A stretch of DNA of 64,000 nucleotides, from the NCBI GenBank assembly GCA_900314855.1, contig OMWZ01000006.1:8870-72869 (forward strand), given 5' to 3'. Positions 17,511 to 26,934 of the stretch are shown here, piece by piece. Within the stretch, counting starts at the first letter, position 1; each line of letters starts with the position of its first letter. The notes under the pieces are model-generated. The model was not told the origin of the DNA and ran no database searches. It saw only the letters and a list, made by a program, of their open reading frames with translations. This stretch comes from an uncultured Selenomonadales bacterium. GTDB taxonomy: Bacteria; Bacillota; Negativicutes; Acidaminococcales; Acidaminococcaceae. The translations under genes were made by a program, and so were the position numbers.

Positions 17511-18752
17511 ATGGGACTTTTCGAACAATCGCAGATTCCGCTGAATGCGGCCATCAAGGCCATGAAACTGGATCAGGGGGCGGCCGCTATCATGGAGCAG
17601 CCGGAGCGCCTGCTGGAAGTGCACATTCCGGTCAGGATGGATGACGGCACGGTGCAGGTCTTCACGGGCTATCGCTGCCAGCACAGCACCGTCATGGGAC
17701 CCGCCAAGGGCGGCGTTCGTTACCACCAGAACGTCAATGCCGACGAAGTCAAGACGCTGGCATTCTGGATGACCTGCAAGTGCGCCGTGGCAGGGCTGCC
17801 GTACGGCGGCGGCAAGGGCGGCATCATCGTCGACGTGACGAAGTTGTCGGAACGGGAACTGGAAGCCCTGACCCGCGGATACATCGATAAGATCGCCCCG
17901 TTTATCGGGGAAAAACTGGACATCCCGGCGCCGGATATGAATACGAACGCCAAGATCATGGGCTGGATGATGGACGAGTACAGCAAGATCAAGGGGCAGT
18001 TCGAACCGGGATTCATTACGGGCAAGGACCTGTCCCTGGGCGGCTCCCTGGGACGGACGGCAGCCACGGGCCGCGGTGTCGTGACGGCCGCCCTGGAAGC
18101 GCTGAAAGTCCGGAACATCGAAGCCAAGGGCGCCACGTGCGTGGTGCAGGGCTTCGGCAACGTGGGGAGCTGGACGGCGAAACTGGCCTATGATGCGGGC
18201 CTGAAAGTGGTGGCCATCTCCGATGTCTTTGGCGCCATTTGCGACGAAAAGGGCATCAATCCTTACAAACTGGCGGAATACACGGCCCGGAGCAAGAACC
18301 ATTCCGTGGTCGGCTTCGAGGGAGCCCGCGAAATCACGAACGAGGAACTCCTGACCATGAAGGTCGATGTCCTCTTCCCGTGCGCCATGGAAGGGCAGAT
18401 TACGAAAGAAAACGCCGCCAAAGTGCAGGCCGCTATCCTTTGTGAAGGCGCCAACGGCCCGACCACGCCGGATGCCGACACGATCCTCCATGAGAACAAC
18501 GTCCTGGTCGTGCCCGATATCCTCGCCAACGGCGGCGGTGTTACCGTCTCCTATTTTGAATGGGTCCAGAACCTGTACCGCTACTTCTGGTCGGAAGAAG
18601 AAGTCATCGAAAAGCAGACAGCCCTCATGGTCAAGGCATTCCGGGAAGTGTATGCCCTGGCCGGGGAATACAAGGTCACCATGCGTGTTGCCGCTTATAT
18701 CGCGGCCCTGCGCCGCATCTCCGTGGCTATGAAATTCCGCGGGATGTATTGA
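17511..18752 (+). CDS. gdhA: Glutamate dehydrogenase (Glu/Leu/Phe/Val family)
   Basis: GPAKGGVRY, LPYGGGKGG, DIPAPDMNT, VQGFGNVG and EGANGPTT. SD AAGGAGG. Confidence 0.95.
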   Translation: MGLFEQSQIPLNAAIKAMKLDQGAAAIMEQPERLLEVHIPVRMDDGTVQVFTGYRCQHSTVMGPAKGGVRYHQNVNADEVKTLAFWMTCKCAVAGLPYGGGKGGIIVDVTKLSERELEALTRGYIDKIAPFIGEKLDIPAPDMNTNAKIMGWMMDEYSKIKGQFEPGFITGKDLSLGGSLGRTAATGRGVVTAALEALKVRNIEAKGATCVVQGFGNVGSWTAKLAYDAGLKVVAISDVFGAICDEKGINPYKLAEYTARSKNHSVVGFEGAREITNEELLTMKVDVLFPCAMEGQITKENAAKVQAAILCEGANGPTTPDADTILHENNVLVVPDILANGGGVTVSYFEWVQNLYRYFWSEEEVIEKQTALMVKAFREVYALAGEYKVTMRVAAYIAALRRISVAMKFRGMY

Positions 18753-18885
18753 TCCTCCGGCCCGGCAGCGGGCAGGAGGGACTGCGGGAATCCCGGGACG
18801 GGTGTAACATTCCTTACAAACGAAAATCCCGTGTTCTCGTGAAGCAGACGGATATGTCGTTTTTACAGCCCTCTTTCCCCGTATG

Positions 18886-18914
18886 TTGACACTCTTTCCG
18901 ACAGGTGATAGAAT
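18886..18914 (+). promoter_or_regulatory. sigma-A promoter
   Basis: TTGACA-N17-TAGAAT with extended TG. Confidence 0.7.
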
Positions 18915-18996
18915 TTTCCGTATAGGCCGATTATGCCTGTCCGGGCGCCCGGAGCGCCCGAGAAAAGAGATTTGACAAGGAAGAGGGTTTGTAAAA

Positions 18997-20196
18997 ATGG
19001 CTATCACTTACGCCAAGAGAATGGACCGCATGAAAGCGTCCGAAATCCGTGAACTGTTAAAATTGACCGCGAAACCGGAAATCATTTCCTTCGCCGGCGG
19101 CCTGCCGGCGCCGGAGCTGTTCCCGGTGGAGGAAATCGCCAAGGTCTCCCATGACCTGGTTTTGAAGGAAGGCCGCCAGCTGCTGCAGTACGCGACGACG
19201 GAAGGCCGTCCGACGCTGCGCGCGAAAATCGCGAAGCGCATGGAAGAAAAATACGGCACGCCCGGCATCAGCCCCGATGACATCCTGATTACCACGGGGT
19301 CCCAGCAGTGCCTTGATTTCGCCGGCAAATTGTTCCTCGATCCTGGCGACGTCGTTCTCGTTGAAAGCCCGTCCTATCTGGGCGCCTTGAACGCGTTCAA
19401 CGCCTACGAGCCGGTCTTCAAGGAAGTCCCGACGGACCAGGAAGGCATTATTCCGGAAGAACTGGATAAGATCCTCGCCACGACGCCGCGCGTCAAATTC
19501 ATCTATGTCATTCCGGAATTCCAGAACCCCACGGGGATTTCCTGGACCGTGGAACGCCGCAAGAAGTTTATGGAAGTGGTCAACAAATATGACCTGCCGG
19601 TCTTCGAAGACGATCCCTACGGCGAGCTGCGTTATACCGGTACGATGAACCCGACCCTGAAGTCCCTGGACACGAAAGGCCTGGTCTCCTTCCTGGGAAC
19701 GTTCTCCAAAGTCTTCTGTCCGGGCCTCCGTCTGGGCTGGATTGCCGGTCCCCACGATATCGTGGAAAAGTTTGTCATGATCAAACAGAGCGCCGACCTG
19801 CATACGTCCAACTTCGATCAGGGCGTAGCCGACGCCTATATGGACGCCTATGACCTGGATGCCCACGTGGCGGAAATCAAGGAACTCTACGGTCATCGCC
19901 GCAACCTGATCCTGAAAACGATGGAAGAGGAATTCCCGGAAGGCGTTGAATTCACCCGTCCGGAAGGTGGCCTTTTCCTGTGGGTTACCCTGCCGGAAGG
20001 CGTCAGCTCCCTCAAAGTCTTCCAGAAATGCATCGAGATGAAGGTCGCTGCCGTAATCGGCGACGCTTTCTATCCGAATGAAAAGACGGACCGCAGCCTG
20101 CGCGTCAACTACTCCTGCATGCCCGACGACCGTATCGTCGAAGGGGTCAAGCGGATGGCGAAGGCAATCAAGGCGGTTCTGGCCGAGAGCAAATAA
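18997..20196 (+). CDS. PLP-dependent aminotransferase class I/II (LysN/2-aminoadipate-type)
   Basis: ISFAGGLP, ITTGSQQ, PEFQNPTG, EDDPYGEL and GTFSKVFCPGLRLGW. Confidence 0.92.
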   Translation: MAITYAKRMDRMKASEIRELLKLTAKPEIISFAGGLPAPELFPVEEIAKVSHDLVLKEGRQLLQYATTEGRPTLRAKIAKRMEEKYGTPGISPDDILITTGSQQCLDFAGKLFLDPGDVVLVESPSYLGALNAFNAYEPVFKEVPTDQEGIIPEELDKILATTPRVKFIYVIPEFQNPTGISWTVERRKKFMEVVNKYDLPVFEDDPYGELRYTGTMNPTLKSLDTKGLVSFLGTFSKVFCPGLRLGWIAGPHDIVEKFVMIKQSADLHTSNFDQGVADAYMDAYDLDAHVAEIKELYGHRRNLILKTMEEEFPEGVEFTRPEGGLFLWVTLPEGVSSLKVFQKCIEMKVAAVIGDAFYPNEKTDRSLRVNYSCMPDDRIVEGVKRMAKAIKAVLAESK

Positions 20197-20241
20197 CAAG
20201 ACTGGCGCGCCGGCGGCGCGCCGCAGAGGAGGAAATGCCCC

Positions 20242-20598
20242 ATGCCATACATGATTGTTACTGCCATCATCGCGATTTTTGTCGCCATCCTGGCGTTGCA
20301 GAATTCCATGATGGTCAATCTCAACTTCCTGGCCTGGAGTTTTGAAATGAACCTCGTTTTGGTCGTGTTCATTTCGGCCATAGCGGGCTTCCTGATTTCC
20401 TTTATCTGGGGCTTGAAGCTGAAAGCCCGCGGCTTGTGGAACGTCCATAAGCTCAACGAGCGGATTGCCCGCCTGGAGGAGGACAAGTCCGTCCTCAGCG
20501 CCAGGGTAGACGAACTGCTGCAGGCCCGCGGCACCACGGCCGCGGAAGTAGTGGAGCAGGGGACCCGGGCAGGCGCGGCGGAATCGAAAAAAGTCTGA
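20242..20598 (+). CDS. LapA family (DUF1049) membrane protein
   Basis: FVAILALQN..V.LNFL.W.F with two TM helices and a coiled-coil tail. SD GAGGAGG. Confidence 0.75.
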   Translation: MPYMIVTAIIAIFVAILALQNSMMVNLNFLAWSFEMNLVLVVFISAIAGFLISFIWGLKLKARGLWNVHKLNERIARLEEDKSVLSARVDELLQARGTTAAEVVEQGTRAGAAESKKV

Positions 20599-20793
20599 CA
20601 GCGTGTTTTGCGAACCAAGGCTGTAGAGGGCGCGACTCCCTTGCCTTCGAGAGATCGGAGGCGGGAGGGCCGCGTCCTTTTGTTTTCCCCGCTTCCGGTT
20701 CCGTGGTATAATAGATAAGATATGGAAAATGTACGCCTGCGGCGCCCGCCCTGGGAACGGCGGGACGGCGGCGAAAGAGAAACGAGGTGCCCT

Positions 20794-23514
20794 ATGGCAG
20801 ATAAATTATTGTTGATTGACGGCAGCAGCCTTATCCACCGGGCCTTTTTCGCCTTGCCGCCCCTGACAAACCGCAAGGGAATGCATACGGGGGCCGTATA
20901 TGGCTTTTTGCGCATGTTCCATCGCCTGCTGGCGGAATTGCGGCCCCGCTGGGTCCTTGTCGCTTTCGATAAATCGCGGAAGACGTTTCGGACGCAGCTC
21001 TTTGCCGCATACAAGGGGCAGCGCAAGGAAACGCCGCCGGACCTGAAGGAGCAGTTCCCCCTGCTCCTGGACACGCTTCGCTCCCTGAACGTGGCGGCCC
21101 TGGAACTGGACGACTACGAAGCCGATGACATCATTGGGACCATGGCCCGCCACGGCGGCGCGCCGGAAACGTATATCGTGACGGGGGACCGGGACCAGCT
21201 GCAGCTCATTGACGGCAAGACCCGGGTCCTGTATACGAAACGGGGCATTACGGACATCAAATTGTATGATGAGGCGGCGTTTGCCGAGGACTATGCCGGC
21301 CTGAAGCCCTTGCAGCTCATTGATTTGAAGGGCCTAATGGGGGATGCGTCGGACAACATTCCCGGCGTCAAGGGCGTCGGCGAAAAGACGGCGCTGAAGC
21401 TCCTGGTGGAATACGGCAGCGTGGAAAATGTCCTGGCCCATATTTCCGATGTCAAGGGCAAGGCCCTGCAGGCCAAGCTGGCAGCGCATCAGGACGAGGC
21501 CCTTCTGTCGAAGAAACTGGCGACCATCCTGACGGAGGTCCCCATGGACCGGGATTTGTCGCTTTACGAGACGAACCCTGTCGGAACGGCGGCCCGGGAC
21601 AAGCTGGCCGAGTTGGAATTCCGCGGTTTTTACGGACAGTTTGCCGAGGTCCTGGGGGAAGAACCGGGCCTGGCTGCCGCGGGAGCGGGAGAACCGGAAG
21701 CCGCCGGAAGCGGGACTGCCGTCCCGGGGGCCGGGAACGGCAGCGCGGTCCCCGCGGCCCCCGCGGCAGCGGAACTCCCGGCGGAGGGCACCATGGGCAG
21801 CCTTTTCGGCGAGGCCGTGCCGGCCGCCATCCCGACGCCTGTCACGACACGGGAGGCTTGGCTGGCCCTGGCGGGGGGCCTGGCGCCAGACGAGAAAATA
21901 TGGTTTCTGACCAGGACCGGCGGCGCCATTCCGCACCTGACCCTGACGGGAGCCCAGCTTCTCGCCGGCGGCACCGTGTACGACCTGGCCGGCGATGATG
22001 TCCTGGCAGCCTTTGCGGACTGGCTCGGTACGGCGCCGAACCCGAAAGGGACCCTCGATTGCAAGGAAACGTACCGCGCGCTCCTGTGCCGTCGTCCGGA
22101 CGGGGAAGAACCTGTCCGGAATCTGCAGGACGACCTGGCCTTGGCGGCGTATCTGGACGATGCGGGCCAGGCGGGCTATGCCCTGGAAGACCTTGCCTGG
22201 CATTACCTGGGGCAGGAACGGGCGGCGGACTGTCAGACCCTGGCCCTGGTGGCGCAGGCCCTGGAACCGCTGTTGCGGGACAAGGAACTGATGGCCATCT
22301 ACCGGGACCTGGAGTTGAAATTGTCCCTCGTCCTGGCCAAAATCGAATACACGGGCATTGCCATCGATCGGGAACGGCTCCATGCCATGAGCAGTGCCAT
22401 GGCCGCGGAAATCGTCGATCTGGAGGCGCAGGCTCGGCGGGAGGCGGGAGAGGAAACGTTCAATCCCAATTCGCCGAAACAGCTGGGCGCCCTCTTGTTT
22501 GAAAAATTCAAGCTGCCCGTCCTCAAAAAGACAAAAAACGGGTATTCGACGGATGTCAAGGTCCTGGAAGCCCTCCGGGGCCGTCATCCCCTGGTGGATA
22601 CGATTCTCCGCTACCGCGCTCTGGCCAAGCTTCACTCCACCTACCTGGAGGGGCTGAAACCCTTGATCAACGCGGAAACGGGCCGGATCCACACCCATTT
22701 CCAGCAGACCGTGGCCGTGACGGGCCGCTTGTCCAGTGTCGATCCGAATTTGCAGAACATCCCCACAAGGACGGAAGAAGGCAGACGTATCCGCAGCCTG
22801 TTTGTGCCCGGTGCTGGGTACGACTGGCTGATGTCCTGCGACTATTCGCAGATCGAGCTGCGAATCCTCGCCCATGTGGCGCAGGATCCGACCATGCTGG
22901 AAGCCTTCCGGGAAAATCAGGACATCCACGCCCGCACGGCCAGCGAAGTCTTCGGCGTCCCTCTGGCCGACGTGACCCAGGAGATGCGGTCCCGCGCCAA
23001 AGCCGTCAATTTCGGCATTGTGTACGGCATCAGCGACTTCGGCTTGTCCGTGCAGCTGGGGTGTTCCCGCAAGGAGGCGAAGGAATTCATCGACCACTAC
23101 CTGGCCCGCTATCAGGGGGTGCACCGGTATATGGAAGAAACCATCGCCCGGGCCCGGGAACGGGGCTATGTGTCGACGCTCATGGGGCGCCGGCGGTATC
23201 TGCCGGACATCCACGACCGCAATTTCAACCGCCGCAGCTTTGCTGAACGGACAGCCATCAATACGCCCATCCAGGGGACTGCGGCCGACATCATGAAAGT
23301 CGCCATGCTGCGTGTCGATAAGGCACTCCGCGCGTCGGGCTTGGCGTCGCGCGTCCTGGTCCAGGTCCATGACGAACTGGTCCTGGAAGTCCGGGACAGC
23401 GAAAAAGAAGAGACGGCGCGGCAGGTCCGTCAGGAGATGGAGCAGGCTTTCCGGATGGACGTCCCCCTCTTGGCGGAAGTCAATTTCGGGAAGGACTGGG
23501 CCGCGACGAAGTAA
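20794..23514 (+). CDS. polA: DNA polymerase I
   Basis: LLIDGSSLIHRAFFA, EADDIIG and GDASDNIPGV. Pol A motifs DYSQIELR, KAVNFGIVYG and VHDEL. Confidence 0.97.
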   Translation: MADKLLLIDGSSLIHRAFFALPPLTNRKGMHTGAVYGFLRMFHRLLAELRPRWVLVAFDKSRKTFRTQLFAAYKGQRKETPPDLKEQFPLLLDTLRSLNVAALELDDYEADDIIGTMARHGGAPETYIVTGDRDQLQLIDGKTRVLYTKRGITDIKLYDEAAFAEDYAGLKPLQLIDLKGLMGDASDNIPGVKGVGEKTALKLLVEYGSVENVLAHISDVKGKALQAKLAAHQDEALLSKKLATILTEVPMDRDLSLYETNPVGTAARDKLAELEFRGFYGQFAEVLGEEPGLAAAGAGEPEAAGSGTAVPGAGNGSAVPAAPAAAELPAEGTMGSLFGEAVPAAIPTPVTTREAWLALAGGLAPDEKIWFLTRTGGAIPHLTLTGAQLLAGGTVYDLAGDDVLAAFADWLGTAPNPKGTLDCKETYRALLCRRPDGEEPVRNLQDDLALAAYLDDAGQAGYALEDLAWHYLGQERAADCQTLALVAQALEPLLRDKELMAIYRDLELKLSLVLAKIEYTGIAIDRERLHAMSSAMAAEIVDLEAQARREAGEETFNPNSPKQLGALLFEKFKLPVLKKTKNGYSTDVKVLEALRGRHPLVDTILRYRALAKLHSTYLEGLKPLINAETGRIHTHFQQTVAVTGRLSSVDPNLQNIPTRTEEGRRIRSLFVPGAGYDWLMSCDYSQIELRILAHVAQDPTMLEAFRENQDIHARTASEVFGVPLADVTQEMRSRAKAVNFGIVYGISDFGLSVQLGCSRKEAKEFIDHYLARYQGVHRYMEETIARARERGYVSTLMGRRRYLPDIHDRNFNRRSFAERTAINTPIQGTAADIMKVAMLRVDKALRASGLASRVLVQVHDELVLEVRDSEKEETARQVRQEMEQAFRMDVPLLAEVNFGKDWAATK

Positions 23515-23539
23515 ACCGCCGGGAAAGGAAGGGATTCGT

Positions 23540-24364
23540 ATGCCGGAAATGCCGGAAGTGGAACAAGTGCGCCGTTCCCTCGTGCCGCACCTGCTGGGGC
23601 GCGCCATTACGGCGGCGGCCGTGTTCCGCCCGAAGATGGTTATCCATCCGTCCGTGGCGGAGTTTACGGCGGTGTTGCCGGGCCGTGTGTTCGCGGACGT
23701 GACGCGCAAGGGAAAGTACCTGACGTTCGTCTTTACGGATGGGAGCCATCTCCTGGCCCACCTGCGCATGACCGGGGCCCTGCTGGTGAAGCCGGCCGGC
23801 GCGCCGGAGCCGCCTTTCGCGCGGATGCGGTTCGATTTGGGGGATGGCTGCGTCCTGTGGTTCACGGACATCCGTACCTTCGGGACCATGGCCTATGTGG
23901 CCGCCGGGGAAAACTGGCAGGACAAGGGCTTCGCCGCGCTTGGGCCGGAACCGCTGTCGCGGGAATTCACGGAGGATTATTTTGCCGCTCTCGTGCGCCA
24001 CAGCCGCATGCCTATCAAGAGCCTGATCCTGGACCAGCGCCGCATTGCCGGGCTGGGCAATATCTACGCGGATGAGAGTCTCGCCCTGGCGGGCATCCGG
24101 CCTACGCGGCCGGCGTACCGCCTCAAGGTGGCGGAACGGCAGCGCCTGTGGCAGGCCATCAACGACGTCATTGCCCAGGGCCTGCGCCATCACGGAACGA
24201 CCTTCCGCAACTACCAGGACGCGGACGGGCTCATGGGCAACAACCAGGAATACCTGCGCGTGTATCATCGCAAAGGCCAGCCGTGCCTGACCTGCGGGAC
24301 GCCGCTCGTCCAGATTAAAGTCGGCGGCCGGGGCAGCGTCTACTGCCCGCGGTGCCAGAAATGA
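23540..24364 (+). CDS. mutM: Formamidopyrimidine-DNA glycosylase
   Basis: N-terminal MPEMPEVE, HLRMTG, GLGNIYADE and a C-terminal zinc finger. Confidence 0.95.
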   Translation: MPEMPEVEQVRRSLVPHLLGRAITAAAVFRPKMVIHPSVAEFTAVLPGRVFADVTRKGKYLTFVFTDGSHLLAHLRMTGALLVKPAGAPEPPFARMRFDLGDGCVLWFTDIRTFGTMAYVAAGENWQDKGFAALGPEPLSREFTEDYFAALVRHSRMPIKSLILDQRRIAGLGNIYADESLALAGIRPTRPAYRLKVAERQRLWQAINDVIAQGLRHHGTTFRNYQDADGLMGNNQEYLRVYHRKGQPCLTCGTPLVQIKVGGRGSVYCPRCQK

Positions 24365-24401
24365 CCGGTCCCCGCGGGGGACCAGGGAGGAACAACGCAT
24401 T

Positions 24402-25052
24402 ATGAAGTCTATTGGCTTGACCGGCGGCATCGGCAGCGGCAAAAGCACCGTGTCGTCCCATCTGCGCACCCTCGGCGTCCCTGTGTTCGACGCCGACGTG
24501 GAAGCGCGGCAGGCCGTCGCCAAGGGGAGTCCCTGTCTGGCCCGGGCGGTGGATATTTTCGGGCCTGCATGCCTGCTGCCGGACGGGAACCTGAACCGTC
24601 CCTGGGTGGCGCAGCAGGTCTTCCATGACGAAGACCTGCGGAAGGCGTACGCCGGCATGGTACAGGAGGAGGTCCGGCGCCGCGCCATGGCGTTCCTGGA
24701 CACAACGCGCCGGTCCAAGCACACGCTGGGTGTTCTCGACGTGCCCCTCCTGATCGAATGCGGCTGGAACGAGTTTGTGGACCTGGTCTGGCTCGTCGCC
24801 GTTTCCCCGGAGGAACAGCTGCGGCGCACCATGCTGCGGGACGGGGCGTCGGAAGAGGCCGTGCGGGCCCGCATTGCCGTCCAGATGTCCCTGGAAAACA
24901 AGAAGAAATACGCCGATCTGGTCATCGACAACGGGCGGAGCATCGCCCAGACGCGGAGCCAGGTTGAGCAGGCCGTGGAACGGCTGCGGCAGGCGGCGGA
25001 ACGGGGGCGCCAGGAACGGGCGCAGGCGCTCGTCCAGGTCGTGCCGAAATGA
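24402..25052 (+). CDS. coaE: Dephospho-CoA kinase
   Basis: IGLTGGIGSGKSTV and DVPLLIE, in the polA-mutM-coaE gene order. Confidence 0.95.
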   Translation: MKSIGLTGGIGSGKSTVSSHLRTLGVPVFDADVEARQAVAKGSPCLARAVDIFGPACLLPDGNLNRPWVAQQVFHDEDLRKAYAGMVQEEVRRRAMAFLDTTRRSKHTLGVLDVPLLIECGWNEFVDLVWLVAVSPEEQLRRTMLRDGASEEAVRARIAVQMSLENKKKYADLVIDNGRSIAQTRSQVEQAVERLRQAAERGRQERAQALVQVVPK

Positions 25053-25068
25053 ACGAAGGGGGGACGCC

Positions 25069-25746
25069 GTGTTAGGCAGAAAGAAAAAACGGAGCCGAAA
25101 AACGATCCGCCCCTGGGGGCTCCTGTCCGGACATCACCGGAACGGGCGGAACCGGAAGGGACTGTCGGGCCTGCTGGCCCATGGGAAGCTCCTGGCCGTC
25201 GTCCTCGTCCTGGCGGGATTCCTGGGTTGGACAGCCTGGCGCAGCGACTACGTGCAGATGCGCTTCGTCTATTTGTGGCCCTACCAGGAGGAAATCGTCA
25301 CCTACAGCCACAAGAACAACGTCGATCCTTTTCTGACGGCGGCGGTCATCAAGAACGAGAGCGGGTTCAAACCCGGCGCCGTGTCTCGCGTGGGCGCCGT
25401 CGGCCTCATGCAGATCATGCCGGATACGGGTGAATGGATCGCCGGGCAGATGGGCCTGAAACAATACAGCTTTGCCGCGTTGTACCAGCCGGAGACGAAC
25501 ATTCGCATGGGCTGCTGGTATCTGTCGGAGCTGCACCACGAATTCAAGGGCAACATGGTCCTGATGCTGATCGCCTACAACGCCGGGAGGGGCAATACCC
25601 ATGTCTGGATGAAGGCCAACGGCTGGGATTACCATTACGGCAATGTGGCCGCCATCCCGTACGCCGAATCGCGGGAATACGTGGCCAAAGTGCTCCACGA
25701 CCGGGACGAGTACTACCGGCTTTATAAGGACAAGATTCCCCGGTAG
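25069..25746 (+). CDS. Lytic transglycosylase (SLT domain), membrane-anchored
   Basis: AVIKNESGF, GAVGLMQIMP and IAYNAG. GTG start. Confidence 0.9.
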   Translation: MLGRKKKRSRKTIRPWGLLSGHHRNGRNRKGLSGLLAHGKLLAVVLVLAGFLGWTAWRSDYVQMRFVYLWPYQEEIVTYSHKNNVDPFLTAAVIKNESGFKPGAVSRVGAVGLMQIMPDTGEWIAGQMGLKQYSFAALYQPETNIRMGCWYLSELHHEFKGNMVLMLIAYNAGRGNTHVWMKANGWDYHYGNVAAIPYAESREYVAKVLHDRDEYYRLYKDKIPR

Positions 25747-25828
25747 GGCGGCGCAGCTCCCGGGAAGGCGGCGAAACGGGGGCCTGCGAGGTCCGGTTTC
25801 GGTACATAAAATTTTTTTGGAAAAGCTG

Positions 25829-25857
25829 TTGACGGATTCATTTCCGTATGCTAGAAT
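25829..25857 (+). promoter_or_regulatory. sigma-A promoter of tRNA-Leu pair
   Basis: TTGACG-N17-TAGAAT with extended TG. Confidence 0.75.
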
Positions 25858-25886
25858 GACATTGTTGCAAATCGACGTACCTTCCC

Positions 25887-25972
25887 GCGGTTGTGGTGGA
25901 ACGGCAGACACGCCACTTTGAGGGGGTGGTGAGGGAGACCTCGTATGGGTTCAAATCCCATCAACCGCACCA
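25887..25972 (+). tRNA. tRNA-Leu(GAG)
   Basis: GCGGTTG..CCACT-TTGAGGG-GGTGG, long variable arm, GGTTCAAATCC and CCA end. Confidence 0.95.
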
Positions 25973-26001
25973 CAGATATTTTGGTTTGCAGAACTGAAAA
26001 T

Positions 26002-26088
26002 GCGGTAGTGGCGGAACGGCAGACGCGCTAGCCTCAGGAGCTAGTGGGGGTTGACCCCGTGGAGGTTCAAATCCTCTCTACCGCACCA
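26002..26088 (+). tRNA. tRNA-Leu(CAG)
   Basis: GCGGTAG..CTAGC-CTCAGGA-GCTAG, long variable arm, GGTTCAAATCC and CCA end. Confidence 0.95.
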
Positions 26089-26289
26089 ATTTCAAAAAGT
26101 GCACCCGCTGAAAGGCGGATTTTTTTTTGCCCTGATGGCAGGGCCCGCCGGCAGACGGTTCCCTTCCGCAAAGATGTTTACAGTCCGGCGTTCTTTTAGT
26201 ATAATAACACGTAGATGTCCTGCGGGACAGAATTCTTTAGGTGCTTCCGCGTCCGGGCGGGAGACCGGGGATGAGAAGGAGAGAGTGGC

Positions 26290-26781
26290 ATGAGAATCGT
26301 TTATAAGACCCATACGGAATATACTGCCAAGGAGTTCGGCCGCATGAACGCGGTCCTGCAGAAGCGGAACCCCAAAGTGCGGAAAGTGGAATATATCCTG
26401 GCGGCAGTCTTTGCTGTCGTCCTGCTCGCGTTCCTGTACCAGAGATGGTTCGTGGCAGCGGCGGTCTGCGCCGTCATGGCAGCGGCGGTTTTCCTGTTCC
26501 TGATTCCGTTCAACCTGCGCCGTGTGGCAGAGCGGCAGTTTGACAAGAGCCGCCTGGAAGGGATGCAGAGCAACCTGACCTTCTACATGGACCATTACGA
26601 AGAAGTCAACAAGCTGGGCCGCGTGGCCTATAAATACGTGCAGCTGCGCGACATTATTGAAACGGATACGAATTTTTATCTCATGAAGACGGACATGCAG
26701 GGCTGCATCGTCGTCAAAGCCAACTGCTCGCCCAATCTGGTCCAGTTCCTGGGCAAGATCAAGAAACAGTACAAGCTGTAA
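26290..26781 (+). CDS. YcxB family membrane protein
   Basis: Two TM helices followed by YKYVQLRDIIETDTNFYL..IVVK, the YcxB-like pattern. SD AAGGAG. Confidence 0.7.
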   Translation: MRIVYKTHTEYTAKEFGRMNAVLQKRNPKVRKVEYILAAVFAVVLLAFLYQRWFVAAAVCAVMAAAVFLFLIPFNLRRVAERQFDKSRLEGMQSNLTFYMDHYEEVNKLGRVAYKYVQLRDIIETDTNFYLMKTDMQGCIVVKANCSPNLVQFLGKIKKQYKL

Positions 26782-26827
26782 GGCCTGCGCCGGGCGGCGG
26801 CTGTCCCCATCCACGACAAGACAAGGA

Positions 26828-26866
26828 AGAGGGCCCTGGAACGGAAATTCCGTTCCAGGGCCCTCT
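26828..26866. repeat. 39-bp perfect inverted repeat (19-bp arms) between convergent genes
   Basis: AGAGGGCCCTGGAACGGAA-A-TTCCGTTCCAGGGCCCTCT. Confidence 0.85.
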
Positions 26867-26934
26867 GTGCTGGGCGGGCGTTTTGCCGCCGCCACTGCCG
26901 GGGGGCGGCGCGTAGACGGCCGCGGGAAGCCGGC

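Noticed and set aside
18915-18996. Riboswitch or T-box before the aminotransferase
   Set aside because: Only short hairpins, with no T-box or lysine riboswitch consensus.
21334-23889. 851-aa minus-strand ORF
   Set aside because: Antisense shadow of polA/mutM.
26089-26290. Integration scar downstream of tRNA-Leu (also checked after tRNA-Glu)
   Set aside because: No repeated tRNA fragments or mobility genes.
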